Positions 10,573 to 20,514 of a stretch of 64,000 nt of DNA are shown here, piece after piece. Under the pieces are notes generated by a model. It did not search any database, was not told the DNA's origin, and saw nothing but the letters and a program-made list of their open reading frames with translations. The DNA lies in NCBI GenBank assembly GCA_034530875.2, contig JAVRCJ020000011.1, forward strand, positions 96,001 to 160,000. Reading direction: 5' to 3'. Source of the DNA: Nostoc sp. DedSLP01 (GTDB taxonomy: Bacteria > Cyanobacteriota > Cyanobacteriia > Cyanobacteriales > Nostocaceae). The number at the start of each line of letters is the position of its first letter. Position 1 is the first letter of the stretch. The translations under genes were made by a program, and so were the position numbers.

Positions 10573-11525
10573 AAGCTACCCCTCAAGAAAGCCGATCGTT
10601 AGTTTTAATCGTTGATGATGAGCCATTTATCCGCACCATTTTACGAAGTTTCTTGGAGAGGGAAGAGTATCAAATAGCGGAAGCTCGAAATGGCATAGAA
10701 GCTTTAATAAAATTTAACGAACTTCAACCAGATATAGTACTTCTTGATGCCATCATGCCCGATATGGATGGGTTTGAGTGTTGCACTCAATTGCACACTT
10801 TAGAATCTAGCAAGCACACTCCAGTATTAATGATTACAGGGCTTGATGATGAAGAGTCAGTTGACCGGGCATTTGAAGTCGGGGCAATGGACTATATTAC
10901 CAAACCGATTCATTGGCCCGTTTTACGCCAACGGGTAAAACGCTTAATTCAACAATCTCAGTTACAACAAAAACTCGAAGCTGTGAATCTGGAATTGCAG
11001 CGATTAGTTACTATCGATGGATTAACTGAAGTCGCAAACCGTCGGGGATTTGAAGAGTATTTATCCCAAGAGTGGCAGCGGATGAAACGAGACCAGCGCC
11101 CACTATCTCTGATTCTTTGCGATGTTGATTTTTTTAAATTATATAACGATACTTACGGTCATCGAGCAGGCGATCGCTGTCTGATCGAAATTGCTCAAGC
11201 CATTAAAGATATTGTTAAACGTCCTGGAGATTTGGTTGCTCGTTATGGCGGTGAGGAATTTGCCATAATTTTACCAAACACAGACACCAAAGGGGCGACT
11301 CATGTTGCTGAAAAAATCTGCGATGCTGTCCGGACATTGGCAATTCCTCATCGGAATTCACAAGTTAGTCCTTATGTAACCATCAGTGCCGGATTTACCA
11401 CAGAAATTCCTCAACTAAATTCTGACATAGAAGAAATTATTGCCGCAGCAGATCGGGCATTATATCAAGCAAAAACAGCAGGACGCGATCGCTTTGTGCA
11501 AAATATCCTAGCTACCCAAAAATAA
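10569..11525 (+). CDS. REC-GGDEF response regulator diguanylate cyclase (PleD-like)
   Basis: LIVDDE/LLDAIMP receiver, RPGD I-site, RYGGEEF; overlaps the kinase stop (ATGA). Confidence 0.95.
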   Translation: MKATPQESRSLVLIVDDEPFIRTILRSFLEREEYQIAEARNGIEALIKFNELQPDIVLLDAIMPDMDGFECCTQLHTLESSKHTPVLMITGLDDEESVDRAFEVGAMDYITKPIHWPVLRQRVKRLIQQSQLQQKLEAVNLELQRLVTIDGLTEVANRRGFEEYLSQEWQRMKRDQRPLSLILCDVDFFKLYNDTYGHRAGDRCLIEIAQAIKDIVKRPGDLVARYGGEEFAIILPNTDTKGATHVAEKICDAVRTLAIPHRNSQVSPYVTISAGFTTEIPQLNSDIEEIIAAADRALYQAKTAGRDRFVQNILATQK

Positions 11526-11539
11526 AATTTTTCGTAGTG

Positions 11540-11595
11540 AGGAGGCAGGGAGCAGGGGGCAGGAGGCAGGAGGCAGGAGGCAGGGGGCAGGAGGT
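11540..11595. repeat. STRR heptamer tract (GCAGGAG/GCAGGGG)
   Basis: Tandem aggaggc/ggggc units. Confidence 0.8.
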
Positions 11596-11793
11596 AAAAG
11601 TATTTCTATTCCTAGCATTTTAGCTTTCAAAATGTCCTAACATATCTGGCTACCGCAATAACATAAATTAATAATATTTTTTCCCACAGAAATAGACTAA
11701 AGTTTTGTTATTAAATTGTTTCTAGATTTATTTATATTGCATATAATCAATATTCCAACTCAGTTAAATGAAATGTAAATCTTAAACTTATTT

Positions 11794-14241
11794 ATGGTTC
11801 ATATCTTTGATTTAACAGGAATAGCTTCATCTGATGCTCTCAAATTAAAACTAGAAAATATAGATGTCGTTACGCCAAATCCAGGGATTTACTTAGACCT
11901 TGACCATGATTTGCACTTAAATTTAGATAAACTTTTTAATATTCATAGTTCAGTTCCATATATTAATGTGGCGATCGCTAATATTATTACTACAATATTT
12001 GGCAAATCTGAAATTAAAATATCTGCACCAAAATATAGAATTTTTCAAAGCGATCGAGTAGTTGAGCTTAGTTTTAAAGGGCTATTCAATAAACAAGATA
12101 TTGAACTAATATTTGGTAATTCCCGAATATTAAAATATAAATTGCCTAAAAAGGTTAATTTTGCCAGTTTAATGAATCAAATTCCTATCATCAAGGATTT
12201 AAGCTTAAGCAACACAGAATTAATTATAACTAATATTGATTATCCTTTCGTTCATCCAAAGTTAGGCACTATTAACTTAAATAGAGGATTTAACTTTATC
12301 GGAGACGTTGATTTAAAAAAATTGCAGATAAATTATAGTAATTTTATTTATCAAAACTTAAAAATTAGTAGTTTAGGAGTGCTAATTAGTCTCAATCCCG
12401 TGGGAAAGGTTAATTTAATAGGTAATATTCCAGGCAATGTTGAGCTAATTTCCCAACAAGAACTTAAGGCTACTTTTAATAATTTGCTCATAGGATTAGA
12501 TATTGGATCTGATTTAGAGCCAAACTTAGGATTAACAGGAAATCTAATTCTTCAAGGCTACGATCCCACCCAAAAAAACGAACCTAAATTATTTCTTTCC
12601 GGTAATGTCTCTCTAGAACCTGAATCCTTAACAGCATTCTTTTCTCAACAAAGTGAAAAATCCTGGCTTAATCCCTATGGGTTAGCGGGAACTGAACTTC
12701 GGAATGTTAGGTTCCAAGGAGGTGGAACGTATTTACCTCCGTACTTCGATAACTTTGGTTTTATTGGTGATTTGAAATGGCAAAAAATAGACCTGGAAGT
12801 TGCATTCCTCATGGATACTAACGATCCGGAGAAATTAGCTTTAGTTTTAAATCCTAATCAAGCAGTTAGCTTAATAGATTTGTGGCGGGGGCCAGTCGCT
12901 TCTTTCATTGCCAAAGATGTAGGTTATTCAATTGATTTGGTTACCAAAACGCTAGAATTTTTAGAAAGCTTAGTAAACTTAAATATCGAACCAATTGATG
13001 GGGATAAAGACGGAAAACTCAATTCTTTAATTAAATATGTTCCTTTTCCCACAACAATTGCAGGTCAACCGATATCAGAAGGCTTAGAAATTAATGGCAA
13101 AATTAATGCTTGGGGACATGAAGCAATATTAATTTTTGAAAGCGACAAAACTCTCAAAAATATTGGAGGTTCATTAAAAGTTGTTGAAATCGATTTAGGA
13201 TTTTTAAAAGTTAAAGGAACGGATGATAATAGTTTAGATTTAGCTCTCAAGGTAACGCCCAACGAACAGTATCTTCAAGGAGATGGTTATGTAGAAATTT
13301 TTGGAAATGAAATTGCAAACGTTGAATTTACTATTACCTCTAATACTGCTAATTTTAAAAACTTTGACCTGAATTTAGCTAATTTGTTGAGTATTGATGT
13401 TGACGCCTTGAGTATAGATACTAAATCTGGTAATGGTAGTGGCTCAGGAACGATTTCAATTTTAGGGAATACGCTAGCAGGTATTACGTTTGATGTTACT
13501 CAAAATAGTATTGATCTGAAAGACGTCCAGCTGAGTTTAATAGGTTTCTTAACTATTACTATTCCGACTCTCGCAGTTGACTTGGTAAATATAAGTGCAA
13601 CAGGAACAGCAAATATTATTGCTTTCAATCAATCTTTGGGCAGCGGCACTTTATCATTTAATAGTCAAAACATTGCCATTAATAACGTTACTCTTAATTT
13701 AGTCAATGTTCTGAAACTGAATGTTCCTAATTTCAAGCTCGATTTAAGGAATAAAAAGATTTTTGGTTTGGGCGATATTACAATTCTTGGCAAACAATTT
13801 ACTGCCTTAGGTATCAGCCTTAATGAAAGTGGGTTTCAAGCTACAAGTAATTTAAATTTTGGAATTTTAGCCTTCAATAGTGCTACAGTAACTCTGAACA
13901 AAGGTAATAATGGTAATATCAATAATTTTGCTTGTATTGCAGGAAATCTCAAGTTTCTGGGCTATACTTTTGCCAACATAACAGCTAGTTTGAATAGCAA
14001 TCAATTAACTGCATCAGGTAGCTTCAATTTTGCTCGTATTTTAATCCTTAAAGGAGCCGGAAATCAAAGAAAAGCGACAATAACGCTTAACAAAGCAAAA
14101 AATGGATTGTATTCTGTCAGTATTATTGGTAGCTTTTACCTGTTAAATAAAGAGTTAACGTCAGTTACTATCCGCCATAACAATGGAACGTTGAAAATTT
14201 TAGGAATAAAAATTATCAGCAACCCCAGGCGTACAAAGTAA
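11794..14241 (+). CDS. Hypothetical beta-rich protein (815 aa) with 54-aa C-terminal tandem repeats
   Basis: Long AT-rich ORF with alternating hydrophobic beta pattern; no recognisable family or signal peptide. Confidence 0.8.
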   Translation: MVHIFDLTGIASSDALKLKLENIDVVTPNPGIYLDLDHDLHLNLDKLFNIHSSVPYINVAIANIITTIFGKSEIKISAPKYRIFQSDRVVELSFKGLFNKQDIELIFGNSRILKYKLPKKVNFASLMNQIPIIKDLSLSNTELIITNIDYPFVHPKLGTINLNRGFNFIGDVDLKKLQINYSNFIYQNLKISSLGVLISLNPVGKVNLIGNIPGNVELISQQELKATFNNLLIGLDIGSDLEPNLGLTGNLILQGYDPTQKNEPKLFLSGNVSLEPESLTAFFSQQSEKSWLNPYGLAGTELRNVRFQGGGTYLPPYFDNFGFIGDLKWQKIDLEVAFLMDTNDPEKLALVLNPNQAVSLIDLWRGPVASFIAKDVGYSIDLVTKTLEFLESLVNLNIEPIDGDKDGKLNSLIKYVPFPTTIAGQPISEGLEINGKINAWGHEAILIFESDKTLKNIGGSLKVVEIDLGFLKVKGTDDNSLDLALKVTPNEQYLQGDGYVEIFGNEIANVEFTITSNTANFKNFDLNLANLLSIDVDALSIDTKSGNGSGSGTISILGNTLAGITFDVTQNSIDLKDVQLSLIGFLTITIPTLAVDLVNISATGTANIIAFNQSLGSGTLSFNSQNIAINNVTLNLVNVLKLNVPNFKLDLRNKKIFGLGDITILGKQFTALGISLNESGFQATSNLNFGILAFNSATVTLNKGNNGNINNFACIAGNLKFLGYTFANITASLNSNQLTASGSFNFARILILKGAGNQRKATITLNKAKNGLYSVSIIGSFYLLNKELTSVTIRHNNGTLKILGIKIISNPRRTK

Positions 14242-14334
14242 TTCTGGGATGTTGAGACTGAGGTTTGCACCTCTTCAATTCTTACTGTACTAATGAATTC
14301 GTGACATACTCCCTGCGCCGCCCTTTCTGTCGGA

Positions 14335-14704
14335 ATGCTCTGCGAACGGGACGAAGTTGACAGATTCTTTCCCAGTTCAAAGCTTTGTTCTTGTTGTGGA
14401 TATAAGAATGATTTGCTGAATTTAAGTATCCGTGCGTGGATTTGTCCAGGTTGCCAAACAACTCATGATAGGGATGAAAACGCCTCATGGAACTTGAGAG
14501 CAGAAGGGATAAGAATACTAACAACCAATACTGCTGGACAAGTAGAAATTCAAGCTTGTGGAGAAACATTAAGACTCGTTGGTACAAGTACCAAAAAGAG
14601 GCAGTGCGGTTTTGGGGTTTCCCCAAGTGGAGCAACTGCTGTGCGTGTTTCAACAGAAGCAAGAATCTCCCGCTACACCGCTTTGCGGTTAGCGGTGATG
14701 TCAA
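14335..14704 (+). pseudogene. tnpB: IS200/IS605 tnpB C-terminal fragment with right end
   Basis: VDRFFPSSKLCSCCG...WICPGC..HDRDENA..N zinc ribbon/RuvC-III; out-of-frame KQESP; hairpin followed by GATGTCAA right end; N-terminal part absent. Confidence 0.85.
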
Positions 14705-16182
14705 CCGATTCCCAAACGTCCAGCCAAGCCAGGAGTCAGAGGTAACAGTGTAGTAATCATTAAGAAGAGAGCCAAAAGACCCAAAGCAGCCCTAGCATCG
14801 TCTGGTTCAGTGATTTCGTTCAAGCTAGGGCGTTCTAAATCTCGTTGTAAGAAGAAAATCACGAAGGCCCAGTACATCGCCAGGGTATTACCGAGAGAGA
14901 CTAGCACCAGTAAAATTAAAGTGGCAACAGTTGCGCGTCCTGCGGTCTTGCGTCCATAAATGGCCTGGACAATGCGACCACCATCTAACTGTCCTGCGGG
15001 CATTAAGTTCAAAGCGGTAATTACCAACCCCAACCAACCAATCACTACTAAGGGATGAATGCTGACCAAAGATGACTGCAAGGCAGAACCAAGAACAACT
15101 CGCGCCAAGCTTCCCACCAAAATCGATCCTTGGAAAAACTGATTTGGCAATTGAAATAAGCTACCTGGATGGGAAAGCAGCAAGCCAACAATCAGCATTA
15201 CCAAAGAAACGATACCACCTGCGGCTGGTCCTGCCAAGGCAATATCAAATAATACCTTACGGTTGGGCAATAGAGATTCAAAGCGGGTAATTGCACCAAA
15301 GGAGCCTATTTGCACGGCTGGTAGAAAGAACGGCCAGCTAAGGCGGATTTGGTGACGGCGAGCAACTAACCAATGACCGATTTCGTGAGCTGCTAAAATC
15401 GCAAAGATGCCAGCACCTATGGGCAAAGCTTCTGTAAATCGTCCGGGATTGGTAAATAAATCAAAATTCAGCAGTAATCCGGCAGCTTCTAAATTTGTCG
15501 CTATGGTGGCTACTAATAGAATACCTGCAAAAACTTTTTGGGATAACTGCATCGGGCGGGGATCGTTGCGGCTGGGCAGAACAATTACAACTGGTCTGCC
15601 ATCTGTATTTTCAACTAAAAACAAGCGATAGCGATCGCCAAGCCGTTCTCGCAAACTTGCACTTAAGCGGTTGTGAATTTCTTCTGGTTCCCCCCGCAGA
15701 TTGCCTTTAAAAATCGCTCCATCCTGGTAGGGGATGGTTTCTGTGGCAAAAAATGTATCAATACCGAAAATACCTTTAATTGCAGTCAAATCATCTTCTG
15801 GTATCGGTGGAATCTGGGGTTTGAGTTCTATTACTGTCGGTTGTGGCGAATTTTCTTCAGGTGAGGATTCAGCGGCCAATCTTTGAGTTGCCCGTTGCCT
15901 GAGTATGGCATCTTGCCCCGCTGCACGTAACTGACTGCCCAAGTAGATGTACAATCCAGCAGAAGCTACAACTAAGAACAATATACCTGCTATGTTGATG
16001 TAAATTCCGGCGGCAAACAATCCAAAAAACAATAGCCACGGAGTCATCAACACCACCGACTGTAACCAGGCGAAGATTCCTAGCTTGCCAAAAGGTCTAG
16101 CGCGATAAAAGCCCCAACCCAAAATGCCTAAAGCTATCACCAGGATTGCTGCCAGGATAGAAGTTTCTGATAAAGTAGACAT
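14701..16182 (-). CDS. Site-2 protease (M50, EGY-like) membrane metalloprotease
   Basis: HEIGH and NLMPAGQLDGG motifs, many TMs; likely start MSTLSE at 16182 (ORF track extends to 16272). Confidence 0.92.
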   Translation of the reverse strand: MSTLSETSILAAILVIALGILGWGFYRARPFGKLGIFAWLQSVVLMTPWLLFFGLFAAGIYINIAGILFLVVASAGLYIYLGSQLRAAGQDAILRQRATQRLAAESSPEENSPQPTVIELKPQIPPIPEDDLTAIKGIFGIDTFFATETIPYQDGAIFKGNLRGEPEEIHNRLSASLRERLGDRYRLFLVENTDGRPVVIVLPSRNDPRPMQLSQKVFAGILLVATIATNLEAAGLLLNFDLFTNPGRFTEALPIGAGIFAILAAHEIGHWLVARRHQIRLSWPFFLPAVQIGSFGAITRFESLLPNRKVLFDIALAGPAAGGIVSLVMLIVGLLLSHPGSLFQLPNQFFQGSILVGSLARVVLGSALQSSLVSIHPLVVIGWLGLVITALNLMPAGQLDGGRIVQAIYGRKTAGRATVATLILLVLVSLGNTLAMYWAFVIFFLQRDLERPSLNEITEPDDARAALGLLALFLMITTLLPLTPGLAGRLGIG

Positions 16183-16429
16183 TTTCAAACCTACGCTATT
16201 GAGACTAAGCCAGAACAAGTCCGGTATTGCAGACACACTATTAATGTATAACGTCCCCCGCCCTCTGCCCAAATTATCAATGAAGGCAGGAGTTAGGGGG
16301 CAGAAGGCAGGAGGAAAACTGACCCCTAACTCCTGCTCGTACCGTCAGGACAAGGTGAAACACCGCACCAAATTGAAAATTTGGTGGCTCTCCCAATTGT
16401 GGGGTTCTACTCCGATCTGAATAATAACC

Positions 16430-16551
16430 TCCTGCCTTCTGCCTCCTGCCTCCTGCCTTCTGCCTCCTGCCTTCTGCCTTCTGCCTCCTGCCTTCTGCCT
16501 TCTGCCTCCTGCCTCCTGCCTCCTGCCTCCTGCCTCCTTTCTCCTGCCTCC
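16430..16551. repeat. Long STRR tract (CTGCCTC/CTGCCTT)n
   Basis: About 16 tandem heptamers. Confidence 0.9.
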
Positions 16552-16651
16552 TTCAACCGATTTGACGTTTTGCAACACAAATTAATGAGTACTGCGCTAC
16601 TACGCTACATTATGCAGGTAACTGTATCTTGATTTGTGGAGGAGATAAATT

Positions 16652-17038
16652 ATGGCTCTGCAAGTATGTTCTGGCGCAACCCTCAAGTGTAGTTTTGGGC
16701 TGACACCAAGTTCGTTGGTAGTTCTGCCCGTCAATCGCGTGTTGACCGGTACGCCAGATGCGAACATTTTGGATAATAAACCAATGGTCAATATCATGCC
16801 TTTTGGTATGTGTTCGTCTTTAGCCAATCCAGCAGTTGCATCTGCCACAGCAGCAGCTTCCGGCGTATTGACGCCTATGCCTTGCGTGCCTGTTATTCCC
16901 GCACCTTGGGCACCCGGTTCGCCCACTGTGTTGATTGCTAACAGCCCAGCACTGAATAATACATCTAAATTGATGTGTGCGTGGGCGGGTGTGATTGAGG
17001 TAGTTTATCCCGGTCAATCAACTGTATTCATTCCCTAA
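16652..17038 (+). CDS. DUF4280 PAAR-like protein
   Basis: GATLKCSFG, NIMPFGMCSS, PMPCVPVIPAPWAPG, LMCAWAGVI pattern; GGAG RBS. Confidence 0.88.
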   Translation: MALQVCSGATLKCSFGLTPSSLVVLPVNRVLTGTPDANILDNKPMVNIMPFGMCSSLANPAVASATAAASGVLTPMPCVPVIPAPWAPGSPTVLIANSPALNNTSKLMCAWAGVIEVVYPGQSTVFIP

Positions 17039-17093
17039 AAGAATTTTAGATCGTCTAAAGTTTTGGAATCGGTGATAGCTACGGTGAGCTACG

Positions 17094-17864
17094 CTAACGC
17101 ACTTCATAAAGCGATCGCAATTTCAGAATATCTTGCCATTCTTGCTCTGTGAATGGTTGGGTGATTAACTCTATACCAAAATACTGTTTTGCTGTCTGTG
17201 TTAATGTATCCACAATCTTGACAATCAAGCTATCCTGTTCTTGTGTGCTACAAAAACAGGTATTCCAGGGAGCTGATTGTTCAAAGATTTCCTCAAATAA
17301 ACCTTTGTCTGTAGACAAAATCATCGAACCGTGTTGAAGAATACTATTTCTTCCTTTGCGTTGGGCGCTGCCAATAAATTTACTTCCGTCGGCAGTAACT
17401 AAGTCTGCCGCTGTTGCTGTGTTGAAGCAACTAGGATTATGAATGTAACCCCGTCCAGCACAACCATAATGTAATTCAATACCTAACTCTTGCCAACCTT
17501 GGATGAGAAAGTTACAGATGTTTTCATAAATACCCCAGCTTTTTGCACTACTCGCTGAAGTAATCAGAGCGTAGGTTAAGTCTCCTTGATGGAGAACAGC
17601 TCTACCTCCTGTTGGTCGGCGAACTAGATCGAGTTTCTGTCCCTGGTAAGTAAGATTATGCCACTGGGCAGGCCATTGTTTTTGCAGATATCCCAAGGAA
17701 AGCGCATAGGGAGACCAAGTATAAAAACGCAAGCTAGGCCGATGCTGACCGTTTTCGCATTGCTTGAACAACCAAGCATCGATCGCCATTTGTACTCCTC
17801 CTGATGCTTGAAGCATTGGAATCAAACGCCAGGTGGGTGGTGAGTTAGTCCCTAATTTTATCAT
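17094..17864 (-). CDS. Lipoate-protein ligase A / octanoyltransferase family protein
   Basis: VRRPTGGRAVLHQGDLTY, KFIGSAQ, LQHGS. Confidence 0.92.
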   Translation of the reverse strand: MIKLGTNSPPTWRLIPMLQASGGVQMAIDAWLFKQCENGQHRPSLRFYTWSPYALSLGYLQKQWPAQWHNLTYQGQKLDLVRRPTGGRAVLHQGDLTYALITSASSAKSWGIYENICNFLIQGWQELGIELHYGCAGRGYIHNPSCFNTATAADLVTADGSKFIGSAQRKGRNSILQHGSMILSTDKGLFEEIFEQSAPWNTCFCSTQEQDSLIVKIVDTLTQTAKQYFGIELITQPFTEQEWQDILKLRSLYEVR

Positions 17865-18002
17865 AGGTTTCGGACTCTTTATCTTTGATGAATCAGTCCT
17901 GCTGTACCTGACTTACTTTCAATCTGCTGTAATTTGTGAATGTACAAATGTACAGTGACTTTTTATTTGTCGCTGTGCCAAATTAATGTAATTGAGGGTC
18001 TA

Positions 18003-18140
18003 ATATCAAGTTTGCATGATTAGTTATCATTGTATTTCTCGCATTACCCCTCCCTAACCCTCCCCAAGGCATCGGGGAAAGTGCGCGGTAGCGCGGGTGG
18101 GGTGTTTCGGGATTTATAAGTGATTAAGCGAACTTGATAT
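18003..18140. mobile_element. MITE with terminal inverted repeats
   Basis: ATATCAAGTTTGCATGATTAGTTAT ... ATAAGTGATTAAGCGAACTTGATAT; TA on the left flank; GC-rich palindromic core. Confidence 0.75.
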
Positions 18141-18553
18141 AAAGCCTGAATTTTCTAGCATTCAACTTAGAAGCACCACGGGTAAATTACAGGCTGTACC
18201 AATACAAATTGTTGCAGGTCTAAGTGGGTAAGCCTTAGCTTGATGACAGAAATTTGTCTCAACGCCATTTAATTTGTCACTGTACAGCTTTTCACTCTCG
18301 AAGATTTCTCCAGAACTGCGATTTCCAGCACCTCTGTTCTAAATAGATTGCCTGAGATGTAATTTCTGTCTTTGAGTAGAAGATTTGTCATTATTTCCTG
18401 ATTAAACTCTACACAAAGATAGATTATTTGATACTAGCGAACAATTTATTTATTCAGGCGTGCAACTATAAGAATAATAGATGCCAAAAGCTATTTGGTA
18501 AATTTTCTGGAATAAATTTTAACTTAATTTATAAGTGCGGGGGTACAAATACC

Positions 18554-20479
18554 GTGTCTTCGTCTAACACTATTGTCGAGCGCCACTCAGAAACTCGGGA
18601 AGCATCTAATTTCGAGTTTTTAAAAGAAGCAAGTCATGTAGCTGGTGTGACTTTGTTATCAATTACGATGCTGGCAAGTTCTGTTCTTGCTGGAGGACTG
18701 GTTGGTTTAGCGATTAGTTTTCGTAATTTACCAGATGTCAGACAACTAAAGAATTTCTTCCCAGAAGAAACAACTTATATCTATGACATGAAAGGTAAAC
18801 TTTTAGCAGGTATACATGGAGAAGCCAATAGAAAGCTTGTACCGCTAGACCAAATTTCCCCTTCTTTAAAACGAGCAGTATTAGCAAGTGAAGATAGTCA
18901 CTTCTACAACCACCACGGTATTAATCCCACTGCTGTTGGACGTGCTGCGTTAGTCAACTGGACAGCAGGTGGTGTCCGGGAAGGGGGTTCTACAATCACC
19001 ATGCAGTTGGTGAAAAATATATTTCTATCTAAGAAGCGTGCTTTTACTCGAAAAATCGCAGAAGCGGTACTAGCAATTCGGTTAGAGCAAATTCTTAATA
19101 AAGACCAAATTTTAGAAATGTACCTCAATCAAGTGTACTGGGGTCACAATAACTATGGCGTACAAACCGCAGCCAGAACTTACTTTGACAAATCAGCAGC
19201 AAATTTAACTCTGGGCGAATCTGCAATGATGGCGGGTTTAATCCAAGCGCCGGAAGAATTTAGCCCGTTTGTCAATATGAACTTGGCAAAACAAAAACAA
19301 AAAGAAGTGCTGGGACGGATGCTAGAACTGAAATGGATTAGCCAGCAAGAATATAATGATGCTCTCAAACAAAAAATCAAACTTGGCAAAATCAGGTCAT
19401 TTCAAGGTAGCGCCCTTCCTTATGTCACCAATACCGTAGCCCACGAAATAATTAAAAAGTTTGGGCGTGATGCTTTGCTCAAAGGAGGAATGCGGGTACA
19501 AACTTCAGTAGATGCCAACTTCCAACTCATGGCAGAAGAAACTATTAAAAAGTGGCATAAACTTCTTGAAGGGCAAGGATTGCGCCAAAATCAAATGGCT
19601 TTAGTAGCTATAGATCCCCGCACGCACTTTATCAAAGCCTTAGTCGGTGGCATAGATTCAAAATCTAGCGAATTTAACCGGGCAACTCAAGCGCAGCGTC
19701 AACCTGGATCTTCTTTTAAGCCATTTGTGTACTACACTGCCTTTGCTACTGGTAAGTTTACACCAAATACAACGGTAGTCGATGCTCCAGTTAGCTATAG
19801 AGATGGTGATGGTTGGTACTATCCACGGAACTACGATGGTGGTTTTATGGGAGCAATGCCGATTCGTACTGCTTTAGCATTGTCTCGGAATGTGCCTGCG
19901 GTTAAGATTGGCAAAGCTGTTGGTATGAATAGAGTCATCGACACCTGCCATACTTTGGGAATTAACAGTCCAATGGTTGCTGTCAGTTCTTTACCATTAG
20001 GCGCAATTGGTGTGACACCACTGGAAATGGCTAGTGCCTATGCCACCTTTGCTAATTATGGTTGGCAATCACCGCCAACAGCTATTGTTCGTATTACTGA
20101 TAGTAGTGGGAATATTTTATTAGACAATACTCCTAGACCTCAGCTAGTTCTTGACCCTTGGGCATCAGCCGCATTGTTAGATGTGATGCAATCGGTAGTT
20201 AAAGAAGGAACTGGTAAAGGCGCCGCACTAGATAGGCCAGTTGCTGGGAAAACCGGTACAACTTCTTCCGAAAAGGATATTTGGTTTATTGGTTCTGTGC
20301 CGCAGTTAACAACTGCTATTTGGGTAGGAAGAGATGATAACAAACAATTAGCCAGTGGTGCCACAGGTGGAGGTATGGTTACTCCCGTCTGGCGCGATTT
20401 TATGCAGAAGGCGCTTAAGGATGTACCAGTGATGAAATTTAAACCGCCTTCTGAATTTCCTCGACCTAAGCCAGGTTAA
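18554..20479 (+). CDS. Class A penicillin-binding protein (PBP1A; transglycosylase + transpeptidase)
   Basis: EDSHFYNHHG, GGSTITMQLVKN, RKIAE, QPGSSFKP (SxxK), SRN, KTGT; likely GTG start at 18554 (ORF track starts 18428). Confidence 0.93.
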   Translation: MSSSNTIVERHSETREASNFEFLKEASHVAGVTLLSITMLASSVLAGGLVGLAISFRNLPDVRQLKNFFPEETTYIYDMKGKLLAGIHGEANRKLVPLDQISPSLKRAVLASEDSHFYNHHGINPTAVGRAALVNWTAGGVREGGSTITMQLVKNIFLSKKRAFTRKIAEAVLAIRLEQILNKDQILEMYLNQVYWGHNNYGVQTAARTYFDKSAANLTLGESAMMAGLIQAPEEFSPFVNMNLAKQKQKEVLGRMLELKWISQQEYNDALKQKIKLGKIRSFQGSALPYVTNTVAHEIIKKFGRDALLKGGMRVQTSVDANFQLMAEETIKKWHKLLEGQGLRQNQMALVAIDPRTHFIKALVGGIDSKSSEFNRATQAQRQPGSSFKPFVYYTAFATGKFTPNTTVVDAPVSYRDGDGWYYPRNYDGGFMGAMPIRTALALSRNVPAVKIGKAVGMNRVIDTCHTLGINSPMVAVSSLPLGAIGVTPLEMASAYATFANYGWQSPPTAIVRITDSSGNILLDNTPRPQLVLDPWASAALLDVMQSVVKEGTGKGAALDRPVAGKTGTTSSEKDIWFIGSVPQLTTAIWVGRDDNKQLASGATGGGMVTPVWRDFMQKALKDVPVMKFKPPSEFPRPKPG

Positions 20480-20514
20480 AATATTGGGGTTCCCTACACC
20501 CCACACCCTACCCC

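Noticed and set aside
14282..14753. ORFs 14282-14704 (-) and 14487-14753 (+)
   Set aside because: Alternative frames over the tnpB relic with no protein-like features.
16345..16632. ORFs with EAGGRRQ / LLPSASC repeats
   Set aside because: Translations of the STRR heptamer tract, not proteins.
17941..17954. TGTACAAATGTACA as a LexA box
   Set aside because: The core GTAC-N4-GTAC fits but both outer bases differ from the recalled cyanobacterial consensus, and the flanking genes are not SOS genes.
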